Shown here piece by piece: positions 51,375 to 62,622 of a stretch of DNA of 64,000 bases. Position 1 is the stretch's first letter; every line of letters starts with the position of its first letter. The notes under the pieces are model-generated. The model worked only from the letters and a program-made list of their open reading frames with translations. It ran no database searches and had not been told where the DNA came from. A program made the translations under genes and the position numbers. The stretch comes from Nitrospirota bacterium (GTDB lineage Bacteria > Nitrospirota > Nitrospiria > Nitrospirales > NS-4): positions 1-64,000 of the forward strand of contig CAWBGA010000001.1 in NCBI GenBank assembly GCA_963788195.1, in the 5' to 3' direction.

Positions 51375-51397
51375 CTCTCTCTTCACGGGAGAGGGCA
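51375..51397. repeat. ccctctc...gggagaggg hairpin (REP-like or terminator)
   Basis: Inverted repeat; similar element at ~11668-11690. Confidence 0.45.
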
Positions 51398-51412
51398 TTA
51401 ACGAAGGAAAAA

Positions 51413-52729
51413 ATGGCTGAGATCCGTCCATTCCAAGGTGCCCTGTATGATCAATCGAAGATTGGGGACATCGCCAAGGTCGTCGCGCCTCCGTACGACG
51501 TCATCGACTCTTCCGAACAAACCGTGCTCTACGGGAGGCATCCATCCAACATCATCCGCTTGGAGTTGGGTCAGGACCAACCTGGAGACGGAGTCAAAGA
51601 GAACCGGTACTCGCGTGCCCGACAATTTTTAACCGAATGGCTCGATAACGGTACTCTTCGACGGGATGACTCGGCCGCGATCTATCTGTACACCATTCAA
51701 TACCGATTGCGCTCGGGAGACGAGCGCACCATGCGCGGATTCCTGTCACTCGTGAAGCTTGAAGACTTCGGAACGGGACGCATCTTTCCGCACGAAAATA
51801 CACGCGCCGCAGCGAAGACGGATCGATACCAGCTTCTGGAGAGTTGCCGGAGCAATTTCAGCCCGATCTTCTCATTGTATTCAGACCCGCGCGGTCACGT
51901 CATTGAGATACTTGAGAAAGCAGCGGACCAGGAAAACCCCCGTTTTGACATGACGGACGGCACCGGCGCCCGGCATCGATTCTGGGGAATTACCGACAAG
52001 AAGACTCTCGGAGAGGTGGTTGCGCTCATGGCGCCGCTGCCGCTCTTTATCGCGGACGGCCACCACCGCTATGAATCCGCCCTGCGCTACCGGAACGCCC
52101 AGCGAGACCTGCGTCCCGGAGATACCGGCGAGCTACCCTCAGACTATGTGATGATGTATTTCTCCAACCTTGAAGACCCGGGATTGACGATCCTACCCAC
52201 GCATCGTCTGATTCCCCCTCCCTTAACCTTGGATCTGCAGGAACTTCGAAGGCGGGTGGGACAAAACTTCGCCTTGCAGACGTTCCCCTTTACGAAAGAT
52301 ACGGAACCTGGGGTGCGGGAGCGGTTTTTGACCGCCCTGCACGCCGCCCAGCCGACCAACGCGCATACAATGGGTCTGATTGTGCGAGGCGAGACGCGTT
52401 ACGATCTGCTGACGCTCAACGCGGTCGCCGAGGCAAAACTCGGCGCCTCGGCGCGGGACCATCTTGATGTGTCGATCCTTCAGCGATTCCTCTTTCAGGA
52501 GGCGATGAACATGACACCCGCAGATGAAGAGCGGCTGAATTACTTAAAAGACGAAGAGGAAGTGGTGGCCGCCGTCGTGCAGGGAGATGCAGACATGGCG
52601 GTTCTGTTGAATCCGCCGAAGATTTCCGAGGTCAAAGAAGTGGCTCGCAACGGCGACCGCATGCCGCACAAATCCACGTATTTCTATCCGAAACCTCTCA
52701 CCGGTTTTGTCCTGAACGTCATGGAGTGA
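51413..52729 (+). CDS. DUF1015 family protein
   Basis: APPYDVI, PHENT, IADGHHRYE, MPHKSTYFYPK. Confidence 0.93.
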   Translation: MAEIRPFQGALYDQSKIGDIAKVVAPPYDVIDSSEQTVLYGRHPSNIIRLELGQDQPGDGVKENRYSRARQFLTEWLDNGTLRRDDSAAIYLYTIQYRLRSGDERTMRGFLSLVKLEDFGTGRIFPHENTRAAAKTDRYQLLESCRSNFSPIFSLYSDPRGHVIEILEKAADQENPRFDMTDGTGARHRFWGITDKKTLGEVVALMAPLPLFIADGHHRYESALRYRNAQRDLRPGDTGELPSDYVMMYFSNLEDPGLTILPTHRLIPPPLTLDLQELRRRVGQNFALQTFPFTKDTEPGVRERFLTALHAAQPTNAHTMGLIVRGETRYDLLTLNAVAEAKLGASARDHLDVSILQRFLFQEAMNMTPADEERLNYLKDEEEVVAAVVQGDADMAVLLNPPKISEVKEVARNGDRMPHKSTYFYPKPLTGFVLNVME

Positions 52730-52854
52730 TGCAGTATCCTTTCGAGTTGCAGAGGTATCTAAGACGATACGAACGCGGCGACAGCTAAAAGAATATAGAG
52801 TACCTCCGATCGTCATAACTCTCGGTAAAATTTCCCTTTATCGTACCCGTTTGT

Positions 52855-52871
52855 TCGGCACTGGCCTTGCA
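52855..52871 (+). promoter_or_regulatory. Putative sigma54 -24/-12 promoter
   Basis: TCGGCACTGGCCTTGCA (GG-N10-GC). Confidence 0.55.
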
Positions 52872-52988
52872 CCTTCCATGCCTACAATAGTCTGTCAGGG
52901 TTTCCCCGACAGACAATCGTTAGCGGGACTTGATACACACCTGTCCGCTACTTTGCCGCGCGAGTCGTTGCCGGCGTGAAAGGATCTT

Positions 52989-54335
52989 ATGGGGATGCCA
53001 GTTCTGGTTGTTGATGATGAACCGGATATCGCCAGGCTCCTCGCTGATCGCCTGGAAACCATGGGGCTCGAGGTCCAAGTCGCTCATGATGGAGAGGAAG
53101 CCCTCCAAGCCGTACAACAGAATCCACCAGGGTTGGTATTTCTCGACATTCAGATGCCCAAGCTGGACGGTATGGAAGTACTCAAGCGGGTGCGTAAAGA
53201 CTCGCTCGATGTGCCGGTAATCATTATGACAGCGCACGGCACGATCGCCGGCGCTGTCGAAGCTATGAAGGAGGGGGCCACCGACTTTATAACTAAGCCG
53301 TTTGATCTGGATTACGTCAAGATCGTTCTGAACAGAACCTTAGAGCAGCACGGTTTGAAGCGCGAGGTGGCAGCCCTGCGAGCCGAGGTCGAAAGCCGAT
53401 ACGATCCGCTCATTGCGAGCAGTCCTAAGATGGCCGAGGTCGTGCAGATCGCCCAAAAGGTGGCCCCCAGCGACACGACCGTCCTGCTGTTGGGGGAAAG
53501 CGGGACAGGCAAGGACTTACTGGCCCGCTCGATCCATGCCTGCAGCAATCGTGCGGCAAAGCTCTTTGCCCCCGTCAACTGTGTCGCGTTGTCGGAGGAG
53601 CTTCTGGAGTCTGAGCTCTTTGGGCACGAGAAAGGCGCCTTCACGGGCGCTTCGGCGCAGAAGCGGGGAAAGATCGAAGTGGCCGATGGCGGGACCGTCT
53701 TCCTGGACGAGATTGGCGATATGAAGCCAGGCTTGCAGGCCAAGCTCCTGCGATTTTTGCAGAACAGAGAGTTCGATCGCGTGGGTGGAACCCGGACGGT
53801 CAAGGTCAACGTCCGGGTGATCGCGGCCACGAATCGGGATCTTCAGGAAGCCGTCAAAGCCGGAAGCTTTCGGACAGACCTGTTCTACCGGTTAAACGTT
53901 GTCAGTATCACGCTGCCGCCGTTGCGCGAGCGGCTCGACGAAATTCCCCAACTGGCCGATCTGTTTCTTAAGAAGTATTGCCGGGACGCCAAGAAGCCGC
54001 CCATGAAGTTCTCGCCGGGGGCCGTGAAGAAATTGGCTGCGCATCTGTGGCCGGGGAATGTCCGGGAGCTGCAGAACGCCGTCGAGCGCGCGGTCGTGCT
54101 GAAAACCGGGGACACCATCGAGCCGGAGGACCTGGCGTTAGAGCCGATGGATCTCGGGTCTGAGGAATCGAATGGCATGGACCTCCCCTTCCATGAGTCC
54201 GTCGACTTCCATAAGAAACAGATCATCAAGCAGGCGCTCACCCGCGCGGGTGGCAGCCAAACCCAGGCTGCCACACTACTGGCGCTGCAACGTTCCTATC
54301 TGGCGCGGCTCATCAAGCAGATGGAGATTCGGTAA
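52989..54335 (+). CDS. NtrC-family sigma54-dependent response regulator
   Basis: REC domain (VVDDE, FLDIQMP), GESGTGKD, GAFTGA, WPGNVRELQN, Fis-like HTH. Confidence 0.97.
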   Translation: MGMPVLVVDDEPDIARLLADRLETMGLEVQVAHDGEEALQAVQQNPPGLVFLDIQMPKLDGMEVLKRVRKDSLDVPVIIMTAHGTIAGAVEAMKEGATDFITKPFDLDYVKIVLNRTLEQHGLKREVAALRAEVESRYDPLIASSPKMAEVVQIAQKVAPSDTTVLLLGESGTGKDLLARSIHACSNRAAKLFAPVNCVALSEELLESELFGHEKGAFTGASAQKRGKIEVADGGTVFLDEIGDMKPGLQAKLLRFLQNREFDRVGGTRTVKVNVRVIAATNRDLQEAVKAGSFRTDLFYRLNVVSITLPPLRERLDEIPQLADLFLKKYCRDAKKPPMKFSPGAVKKLAAHLWPGNVRELQNAVERAVVLKTGDTIEPEDLALEPMDLGSEESNGMDLPFHESVDFHKKQIIKQALTRAGGSQTQAATLLALQRSYLARLIKQMEIR

Positions 54336-54397
54336 GTATGGGAATGCGCTCGTGGATAACTGTCCGAGACCTGCTAACGAGAAGACCGGAGGCGCCG

Positions 54398-54937
54398 ATG
54401 ACTCGATTACTTGCAGCGTTTCTCTTTCTGGTAGTCACCGTAGGATGCGCTAACGTCGAAGTGCGACCAATTAGGACAAAGGATAAAGGCGATATAAAGA
54501 AGGATAAAGACGATATAGCGGGTGTACGCTTCTACCGGCCATGGCCTTACTTATGGATCAAGCCTACCGCTGAGAAGGATAAGGCGGGATGTACCATTGA
54601 GATCATGTATCTCCCTGACCTGAGCCAGGAGTACATCATTATTCCTCATACCGGGATTGGATCAGTCACCATGGAGCCTACTTTAACGCAAGGGTGGGCC
54701 TTGACTGTATTCAATGCCACGGCTGATTCCAAAGCATCAGACATGGTTACCGCAGTCAGCGGCCTGGTGGGAAATATAGCTTCGCTTGGTGTGCCACTTA
54801 CTGACTCGCCTCCTGACCCATCTGAGAAGCCTAAGCCGAAGCCACTCCCGCCAGGGTTGTATGCGTTACAGTTCGGAAAGAATGGAATGGTAAACGGCCT
54901 ATTGCCAGCAATTCAACATGAGGGCGCATGTTCGTGA
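54398..54937 (+). CDS. Hypothetical lipoprotein
   Basis: GGAGG RBS, lipobox TVGC, GVRFYRPWPYL...YLPD. Confidence 0.75.
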   Translation: MTRLLAAFLFLVVTVGCANVEVRPIRTKDKGDIKKDKDDIAGVRFYRPWPYLWIKPTAEKDKAGCTIEIMYLPDLSQEYIIIPHTGIGSVTMEPTLTQGWALTVFNATADSKASDMVTAVSGLVGNIASLGVPLTDSPPDPSEKPKPKPLPPGLYALQFGKNGMVNGLLPAIQHEGACS

Positions 54938-55089
54938 TGTTGGTTAATCGACATAAAGATAAATGCGATGAAGTAAAAAATGGCTTTAACGCATCATTGG
55001 TGGTGTCAGTTTTCAAAGCGTGTGCTACTACAGAAAATGGTATTGGAGAATTGAGCAGAGCCGAACAGCTAGTCAATAAGCTTCTGTAG
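54928..55089 (+). CDS. Small 50-53 aa ORF not in the ORF track
   Basis: MFVMLVNRHKDKCDEVKNGFNASLVVSVFKACATTENGIGELSRAEQLVNKLL; TGATG and TAGTG overlaps at its two ends. Confidence 0.4.
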   Translation: MFVMLVNRHKDKCDEVKNGFNASLVVSVFKACATTENGIGELSRAEQLVNKLL

Positions 55090-56744
55090 TGAAGGGGACG
55101 ATTATGAACAAAGGCGATGCAATAAAAGCGATATTTGTTGGCTGCGTTTGTTCAATCGTTATGTTAGGGCTTGAAACAAATTTACTTGCTCAGCCCACGG
55201 ATGCCTCAATCAAAAAGTTTCCACCCGGAGTTGTTCCGTCTATACCGCAGGTGGTGCCCAACGAGGTTGTCGTTCAGTATAACAAACGATCTTTTACTGG
55301 GTCGGACTCGTTCGAGGACCGTGAGCGGCAATTGAATGCTTTAGGCAATCAACTCAGCAGAGAATTAAGGATCAAATTCAGCAGAGAATTCGATACCGAT
55401 CTTAGGTTTTCGGTGATCCGCACGTATCCCCGTTTAGGATCTCTACGAATTAAACTGCCATCTGAAGTATCGATATCGAAAGTCATCGAAGCCTTAAAAA
55501 ACGACGAGCGTTTTGAATACGTCGCGCCTAACTACAAGATTTTTGGTCATGGACACAACGTTTCTCCCCCCAATGATCAATATTGGTTGTCACACTATCC
55601 TCCATCTGGGCCCGACCCCACATTATGGGGACTCCAAAAGATCGGAATGAAAAATGCTTGGGGAGTTCAGGCGGGTGGCGCGACGATTATTGCTGTTCTC
55701 GACTCAGGAATCGATTTTACACATCCGGACCTCCAGGACAACATGTGGCCAAGTCGAGGGAAAAACATTTTGTATTATGGCGGCAATACTGATTGCGTCA
55801 GAGGCGCAAATGATCCGACCCCCATGGATCACGACGGTCACGGAACGATGGTGGCTGGAACAATCGCGGCGTACGGGCATAATGATAATCCGCCTGACGA
55901 GCGGACAGGCTTTGTAGGAGTCAATCAAAGAGCACAGCTTATGGCTGTGAAGATTATGTGCAACGAAGTGGGCTCGGTCGATCCCTTGGAAGTTTCGGGC
56001 AATATTGAAGACGCAAAAGACGGAGTCCAATACGCGATAGACCACGGTGCAACAATAATTAACGGCAGCTGGGGCTTTAATGGACTAAGCCCCAGTAATC
56101 CTCACGTTGCTCAACTAAAAGAGACAATTAACAGTGCAAAGAATACTGTCCTGTATGTTGCGTCCGCTGGAAATGACTCGATGGATATTAGCAGTAGCTC
56201 GATATGGATGTGGCCACAAAAGTTTGCCCTTAGAAATGAAATTGTTGTGGCAGCATCGAATCCAGGGGATGAATTATGGGTTGAACCACCCCTGGGCTCC
56301 AATTATGGAACAACGAGCGTAGATATCGCGGCTCCCGGCCAGAACATTTGGAGCACTTGTCCTTCCAGTATTTGTCCACCTGGAGAGTGGGGAGTGGGAA
56401 GTGGCACATCAGGAGCCGCGCCGCATGTCTCAGGTTGTGCGGCTTTAATGCAAGCCCGGCGCGCAACGACTCACCCTTCTAACCCTTTGCGGCCCGCGGA
56501 TTTGAAAGCGATTCTAAGGACAACTGCGGACTCGGTGGGGCTTAACGTGGCTACAGGTGCAAGATTAAACTGCTATGCGGCAGTCACTGCGGTGGAGTCG
56601 TATTGTACTAGATGGGGTTTTTGGTGCAGGTTCCATCTTCTCTTTGAAGGAATGTTTACCTGGTTTAAGGGACCTAGTAAACCAGGCCCTGATCCAGGTC
56701 CCGAGGAGGTCCGTCAACCATCAGACACCGGTAATCCCCAATGA
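55089..56744 (+). CDS. Secreted S8 subtilase with prodomain
   Basis: VLDSGID, HGTMVAG, SAGND, GTSGAAPHV. Confidence 0.95.
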   Translation: MKGTIMNKGDAIKAIFVGCVCSIVMLGLETNLLAQPTDASIKKFPPGVVPSIPQVVPNEVVVQYNKRSFTGSDSFEDRERQLNALGNQLSRELRIKFSREFDTDLRFSVIRTYPRLGSLRIKLPSEVSISKVIEALKNDERFEYVAPNYKIFGHGHNVSPPNDQYWLSHYPPSGPDPTLWGLQKIGMKNAWGVQAGGATIIAVLDSGIDFTHPDLQDNMWPSRGKNILYYGGNTDCVRGANDPTPMDHDGHGTMVAGTIAAYGHNDNPPDERTGFVGVNQRAQLMAVKIMCNEVGSVDPLEVSGNIEDAKDGVQYAIDHGATIINGSWGFNGLSPSNPHVAQLKETINSAKNTVLYVASAGNDSMDISSSSIWMWPQKFALRNEIVVAASNPGDELWVEPPLGSNYGTTSVDIAAPGQNIWSTCPSSICPPGEWGVGSGTSGAAPHVSGCAALMQARRATTHPSNPLRPADLKAILRTTADSVGLNVATGARLNCYAAVTAVESYCTRWGFWCRFHLLFEGMFTWFKGPSKPGPDPGPEEVRQPSDTGNPQ

Positions 56745-56808
56745 ATGTTCGATTAACAGTATAGGTATAGCGGATGGGATCGCAGCTCACACAAACAAAG
56801 GAGGAGAG

Positions 56809-57186
56809 ATGATGCAACTTAGGCACAGCATAACGCAAAAAGTACCGGTGATTCTTTTTTGTTTGATACTTGCTGGGACGTTTACGTTTCCGGTTTCTGC
56901 AGAATTGGTTGCTCTGGAGCAAGGAATATCCGGAGCTCAACAGGCCGCAGTCGGAGATCAGAAATCAACGAAAGACCAGGAGTGTGTTGTCGTTGTTGAT
57001 TTGGAGAAGATTCCAGATGTGAAAACTGTGAAAGGTGGAAAAGGCAAAGGACATTGGCCTTGCATGAAGACACCAAATGGAACAGGTGGGTATAAATGCT
57101 TGTCTATGTATGAAGGCAGGCCTGGATGCAACGACCATCCTGAGTGGAGTTGCACGACAATCAATAACGATTGCAAGTGTCAGTAA
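56809..57186 (+). CDS. Small secreted Cys-rich protein
   Basis: AAGGAGG RBS, signal peptide, 7 Cys in the C-terminal ~70 aa. Confidence 0.75.
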   Translation: MMQLRHSITQKVPVILFCLILAGTFTFPVSAELVALEQGISGAQQAAVGDQKSTKDQECVVVVDLEKIPDVKTVKGGKGKGHWPCMKTPNGTGGYKCLSMYEGRPGCNDHPEWSCTTINNDCKCQ

Positions 57187-57203
57187 TTCTCGTTCTCGTC
57201 AGC

Positions 57204-57239
57204 AGGGCGGCGGTCAGAGGCCGCCGCCCTATCGTTTTC
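57204..57239 (+). terminator. GC-rich hairpin, putative terminator/attenuator
   Basis: agggcggcgg-tcagagg-ccgccgccct then atcgtttt. Confidence 0.6.
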
Positions 57240-57276
57240 AAGGAGGGGACGCAGGTCTTTCGGCGGAGAGGGTTCA

Positions 57277-60248
57277 ATGAGTTTAAATAAAGCGCGCGTA
57301 CTTACAGTAACCTTGGCATATGGGGCTATTACTATAGTCGTGTTCCTTCTGGGTGTTGTTGTCAACAATACCCACCCGGCGTGGGCTCAAGGAGTATCTC
57401 CTATCACTGCTTCGGGCCAGAGCACAAATGTCGGACCTCCGACTAACGTTGCTGGTGGCAAGGTTCAGTACGACATAACGGGTGGGACGAGGCCTGCCAA
57501 CGGCCCGAATTTATTTCATAGCTTCGGAGAATTCGGCGTACCGACTAACAACATCGCCAATTTCCTCAACGATTCGGGTCGCGCCACCTCGAATATTCTT
57601 AGCCGCGTGACTGGAGGAAATCCGTCGAACATTTTCGGTACCATTCAGACAACTGGATTTGGGAATGCCAATCTCTTTCTCATGAATCCGGCTGGGATTC
57701 TTTTCGGGCCGAACGCAACATTGAATGTTGGCGGGTCTGTGCACTTTACTACCGCCGATTATTTGCGATTAACTGATGGCGCGCGCTTTAATGCCATCCC
57801 AAATGCAGCGGCCGATGCACTATTGAGTACCGCACCGGTGGCGGCCTTTGGATTTCTAGCATCAAATCCTGCAACGATCGCTGTTCAAGGCAGCGCTCTT
57901 TCCGTGCCTTCCGGCGAATCCATTTCCATTGTCGGTGGTAATATCTCAATCCAGGCTGGCACGCTTGAGGATGGAACAAGTCAGGCGGCGCACCTTTCCG
58001 CTCCGGGCGGCCAGATCCGGTTGGCAAGCGTGGCATCGCCAGGTGAGATTCTTCACCCAACGCTGGAAGCGGCATCGAACGTCAACGGCCAAATTTTTTC
58101 GAGCATGGGAACACTTACGATTTCGGATAATGCGACCCTCGATGTCTCTGGAGATGCGGCAGGCACAGTCATCATTCGGGGTGGACAGTTGATAATCGTT
58201 GATTCCACGATCTCAGCCGACACCGTCGACACAAACGGAGCTCCGACCGCAATCGATATCAACATGACTGGTGACATCTCCATCGCGAATTCGACAGTTT
58301 CAGCCATCACTGCAAGAACGTCGGCAACCGGTGATGCAGGTAAGATACAAATATCGTCCGCTAACCTAAACGCACCTCTGACAGCAGATGGCATAATCTT
58401 AACCCTTATCGACACCCACACGTCTGGCACTGGGAAGGCGGGCAATATCAGCATCACGACAGGCAATCTATTGGTAACGGGCGACCCCAACGGTTTGGCG
58501 TTTTTTATCGACAGCGGGACGGCTGGACCAGGGCGCGGAGGAGATGTGTCCATTATCGCGCGGAACTTTCAGATGGACAATTCGGCTACCATTAGCACTG
58601 GCGACTTTCTTACTAGTTTCTTCGGCGCCCCCGCCACCGGACAGGCTGGCAACACAAATATCTCTGCCGATAACGTTCGAATGACTTTTTCGCAGATAGT
58701 TGTGGATGCCGCTCACGCTGGTAACATTAATATCTCGGGACATGAGCTCCAATCGCCAGCAAGTGTTGTCGAATTACAAGCGAGTTTTCTCAGCAGTACT
58801 GGACGAGTCAAAAGCGGCACAATTAATATTAATGCCGATCAATTGATCGCCTCGGATTCTCAAATAAATACGCTGACTCATGCTGACACCGGTGGGGCGA
58901 TCACAATTACCGGAAGAGTCATTGAGCTATCGACCGGGAGTGCCGTCACATCTACCACGAACGGCGATGGCAATGCAGGTGCCATTATCATTACAGCAAC
59001 CGATCATGTTGGATTATTCGGCTCCACTGGAAAGCCGGGCGAGCGGCATCTTCAGTAACTCGCTTGGAGATTTTGGAACTCTCGGAAACTCGGGCGACAT
59101 TGTCATTACCACCCCGAGACTAGAGATGACGGGCGGTGGCCGCATTAATACCACGACGGCATCAACTGGACGCGGCGGCAATGTGACGATTCACGCGACT
59201 GACTCGGTCTCCATGTCCGGTGAAACTGCTGGTCTTAGTCCTGAGCTGCTTTTTGCCCTTGGAACCATCCAGCCGAGTGGGATTTTCACACTAACAATCG
59301 GCGGTAAATGCTCCGGCGCCTGCGGAAATGCGGGGAACGTAATAATATCCACAGGATCGCTGTCGATGGGCAGTGGCGCACAAATTAATAGTGGAACGAG
59401 TAGCACTGGTCAAGGTGGGGACATTACAGCCACCGCAACCGGCCCCTTCTCCATTTCCGGAACCTTGAGTGATGGCACGTCTAGCGGCATCTTCAGCCGA
59501 ACAGTCGGAAGCGACCCTGCGTCAGGGAAAGGTGGAGATATCAACGTCCAAGCGCTGCAAGTCGCGCTGAGTAATAAGTCCAGTATATCCGCGAGCAGCA
59601 CCGGACCAGGAAATGCTGGCAATGTTACCATTCAAGCAGGCGACTCGTTTATGATGCACAGCAGCACGGTCAACACTTCGACGACGCAGAGCGACGGCGG
59701 CAATATCGCGATCCAAGCCGGAAATCTGGTGCAGTTGGTCGACAGCCAAATCACGACAGATGTGCAGGGGGGTGCGGGCAACGGAGGGAACATCACCATT
59801 GATCCTCCCACGGTTATAATCGACCACAGCAAGATTATTGCGAGCGCAATCGGCGGCAATGGCGGCAACATCAATATTGTGGCCGGAGTCTTCCTTGTCT
59901 CGCCGGATAGCATCATCGACGCCTCCTCGACGTTCGGCCTCTCGGGCACCATCAACATCGAATCGCCGATCACGAATCTCAGCGGCACATTGGCGCCGCT
60001 CCCGCAAGGTTTCCTGCAACCTGCGGCTTTCGCGGGTAGATGCGCGGCACGGCTGCAAGGAGGCCAGAACAGCACGCTGGTGGTGCGAACGTCCCGCGAT
60101 CGCATTCCGCCCGAGCCTGGTGAATTGCTGCTGAGCCCTCTGTTCGCAAGCACGCAAGGCGCTCCGGTGGCGCGGAGGTCTCAGCGATCTCGACGCGCTC
60201 CGAGCCGGGCTCACAGAGTTTCCCGTTCCGGGTGGATGTCCTTCGTAA
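57277..60248 (+). CDS. Filamentous-haemagglutinin N-terminal (TPS) domain beta-helical protein; frameshifts near 59035 and 60170
   Basis: NLFHSFGEF, NILSRVTGG, NLFLMNPAGILFGPNA; GxAGNIxI repeats; likely C-terminus ...GGCPS-stop abuts the next GTG. Confidence 0.9.
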
Positions 60249-62553
60249 GTGCGCTTCTGGCTGCTTGCTCCTCTCTCCCTCCTCATCGGTCTCGCGCTGG
60301 TAAGTACGGATCTCATCGTGCAGGCAGCGCCTCCTGTAGACGCCGGGCAACAGGATCCCCTCGAAGCTGGTCATGAAGCCTATCGCCGTGGGGACTTCAG
60401 AGAGGCGGCGCTGCGCTGGAGCGATGCCGCCCAGGCCTTCGCGCAGGCGGGGCGCGTGCGAGAGCAGACTGATGCTTTGCTGGCCTTGGCGCAGGCCCAA
60501 CAGTCCTTGGGTTTGTACCGTGAAGCCCTTCGCGATTTGAACAAGGCCCTCTCGGTGGCTGAACAGGCAGGAGACGCCGTGCGACTCGCCGAAGTCTTAG
60601 GCAGCGCAGGAAGCCTCTATGCCGCGCTGGGGGATACAGAGAAAGCCGAGGAGTATTTGCCCAGGGCACTACAATTGGCCCGCGACGAAAAGAACCCGGT
60701 GCTTATGGCGAACCTGCTGAACAATCTTGGCCGGCTCCGCTATTCGCAAGGCAAGATGGAAGATGCACTGCAGGCGTACAACGAGAGCCTTTCGGTCGCG
60801 CTTGCGGCGAAGAACCAAGAAGGGGCATTACGAGCTCGAATCAATCTGGCAACCCTGCTGTCCGAAGGGGGCCGCTTTGATGATGCCAACCGCGAGGCGA
60901 ACGAGGCGGCGAAGCAACTGCAACTTCTTCCGGATTCGTACGATGGCGCTTTCGGGTGGATCAGCGTTGGACTGATCGCTCAAAACCTTCGTGGGAATTT
61001 GCCTCACCGCAAGGACGCCCTGACGCTGGAAGCCCTGGATGCTTTCAAGAGAGCCGTCTGAGGTGGCACTCAGGCTGAAGAATCCACGTGTGGCTTCGTA
61101 TGCCTGGGGGCACATGGGCAGCCTGTATGAGTCGGAGCGGCGCTACGACGAAGCGTTGGAATTCACGGACCGCGCAATCCTCAGCGCCCAGGACGCCGTT
61201 GCTCCCGAAGCGCTGCATCGTTGGTACTGGCAACGCGCGCGCCTGCTGACGGCACGGGATCAAGCTGACGAGGCCATCCTCGCGTATCGGCACGCGGTCG
61301 CGGCGATGGAATCGATCCGGCCGGAGCTCGCGCCGACGTCCACCGGAAAATCCTTCCGGGAGGGCGCCGGGAGGCTTTATTTTGAACTCGCGGACCTGCT
61401 CCTGCGTCGGGCTGCGTTACAGCAATCTTCAGAAAAAGAAAAGCCCTTCCTGGCGGAGGCGCGTGACGTGATCGAAAAATTCAAGGGCGCTGAGTTGCGC
61501 GACTACTTCCGGGACGAGTGCGTGGATGCTGCCCAATCGAGGGCGGGTGATGTGGAAAAGGCATCGAAGAATACGGCGGTACTGTATCCGATTCTGCTTC
61601 CGGACCGGACCGAGCTGCTTGTCAGCCTGCACGGAGAGCTCAAGCGTGTCAGGGTGCCGGTGACTGCTGCCACGCTGACAAAGGAAGTGGGGGCATTTCG
61701 TCATCGCCTCGAGAAACGTACGACTCAGCAGTATCGTCCGCACGCGCAGCAGCTGTACGACTGGCTGATCCGCCCGATTTTGCCGCTCCTCGAAGCACAG
61801 CCTATCGACACATTGGTCATCGTGCCGGACGGCCCGCTTCGAACCATCCCGTTCGCCGCGTTGCATGACGGAAAACAATTCTTGATCGAACGCTATGCGG
61901 TTGCGACGGCGCCTGGGATGACGCTGACCGATGCCCGTCCCTTCAACAGGGCGAGGGCGCGCGCACTGTCTGCGGGGTTGAGCCAGGAGGTGCAGAGTTA
62001 TCCGTCCTTGCCGAATGTCACAGAAGAATTGCGCGCCGTGCAGCGGCTCTATCCGGGAACGCTGCTGGCGAATCAGGACTTTGTCCTGTCCAGGCTGGAG
62101 CGGGAGTTGAAGCAGCAGGACTTCACCATCCTTCATATTGCGTCCCATGGAGAATTCAATCGGGATGCGCGCAAAAGCTTTATCCTGACATTTGATGAGA
62201 AGCTGACGATGGACAAGCTTGAAGAATTCATCGGGCTTCTGAAATTCCGCGAGACGCCGTTGGCGTTACTGACGTTGAGTGCTTGCCAGACGGCGGCAGA
62301 CGACGACCGGGCGGCGCTTGGTCTTGCAGGGGTGGCTATCAAAGCAGGGGCCGCCAGCGCCATGGCGACACTATGGTCTATCAACGATGAGGCCGCGTCC
62401 GCTCTCGTCTCCGACTTCTACCGGCAGCTGTACGAGTCGTCGGTGTCAAAGGCGGTCGCGCTTCAACGAGCGCAACTGAAGCTCCTGCAGGATTCTATCT
62501 ATCAGCACCCCGCGTATTGGTCGCCCTTTCTTTTGCTCAGCAATTGGCTGTGA
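60249..62553 (+). CDS. TPR + CHAT (caspase-like) protein; frameshift near 61055
   Basis: N-terminal signal/TM, TPRs, LVIVPDGPLRTIPFAAL, LHIASHG, LSACQT, ATLWSIND, HPAYWSPF. Confidence 0.92.
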
Positions 62554-62568
62554 ACAGTACCACGGAGT

Positions 62569-62585
62569 CTGGCACTGCTATTGCT
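62569..62585 (+). promoter_or_regulatory. sigma54 -24/-12 promoter
   Basis: CTGGCACTGCTATTGCT, near-perfect TGGCAC-N5-TTGC. Confidence 0.7.
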
Positions 62586-62622
62586 TTATCTTTTTACAGG
62601 AAGAAGGGCGGAGGATGGGGCA

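Noticed and set aside
51340..51400. Fluoride riboswitch (GGCGATGG start)
   Set aside because: Downstream conserved pairing and motif are absent, and the gene context does not fit
59020..61065. Frameshifts in FHA and CHAT as phase variation or separate genes
   Set aside because: There are no long slippery tracts, and similar isolated indels at ~4225 and ~20450 suggest sequencing error; reads are needed to confirm
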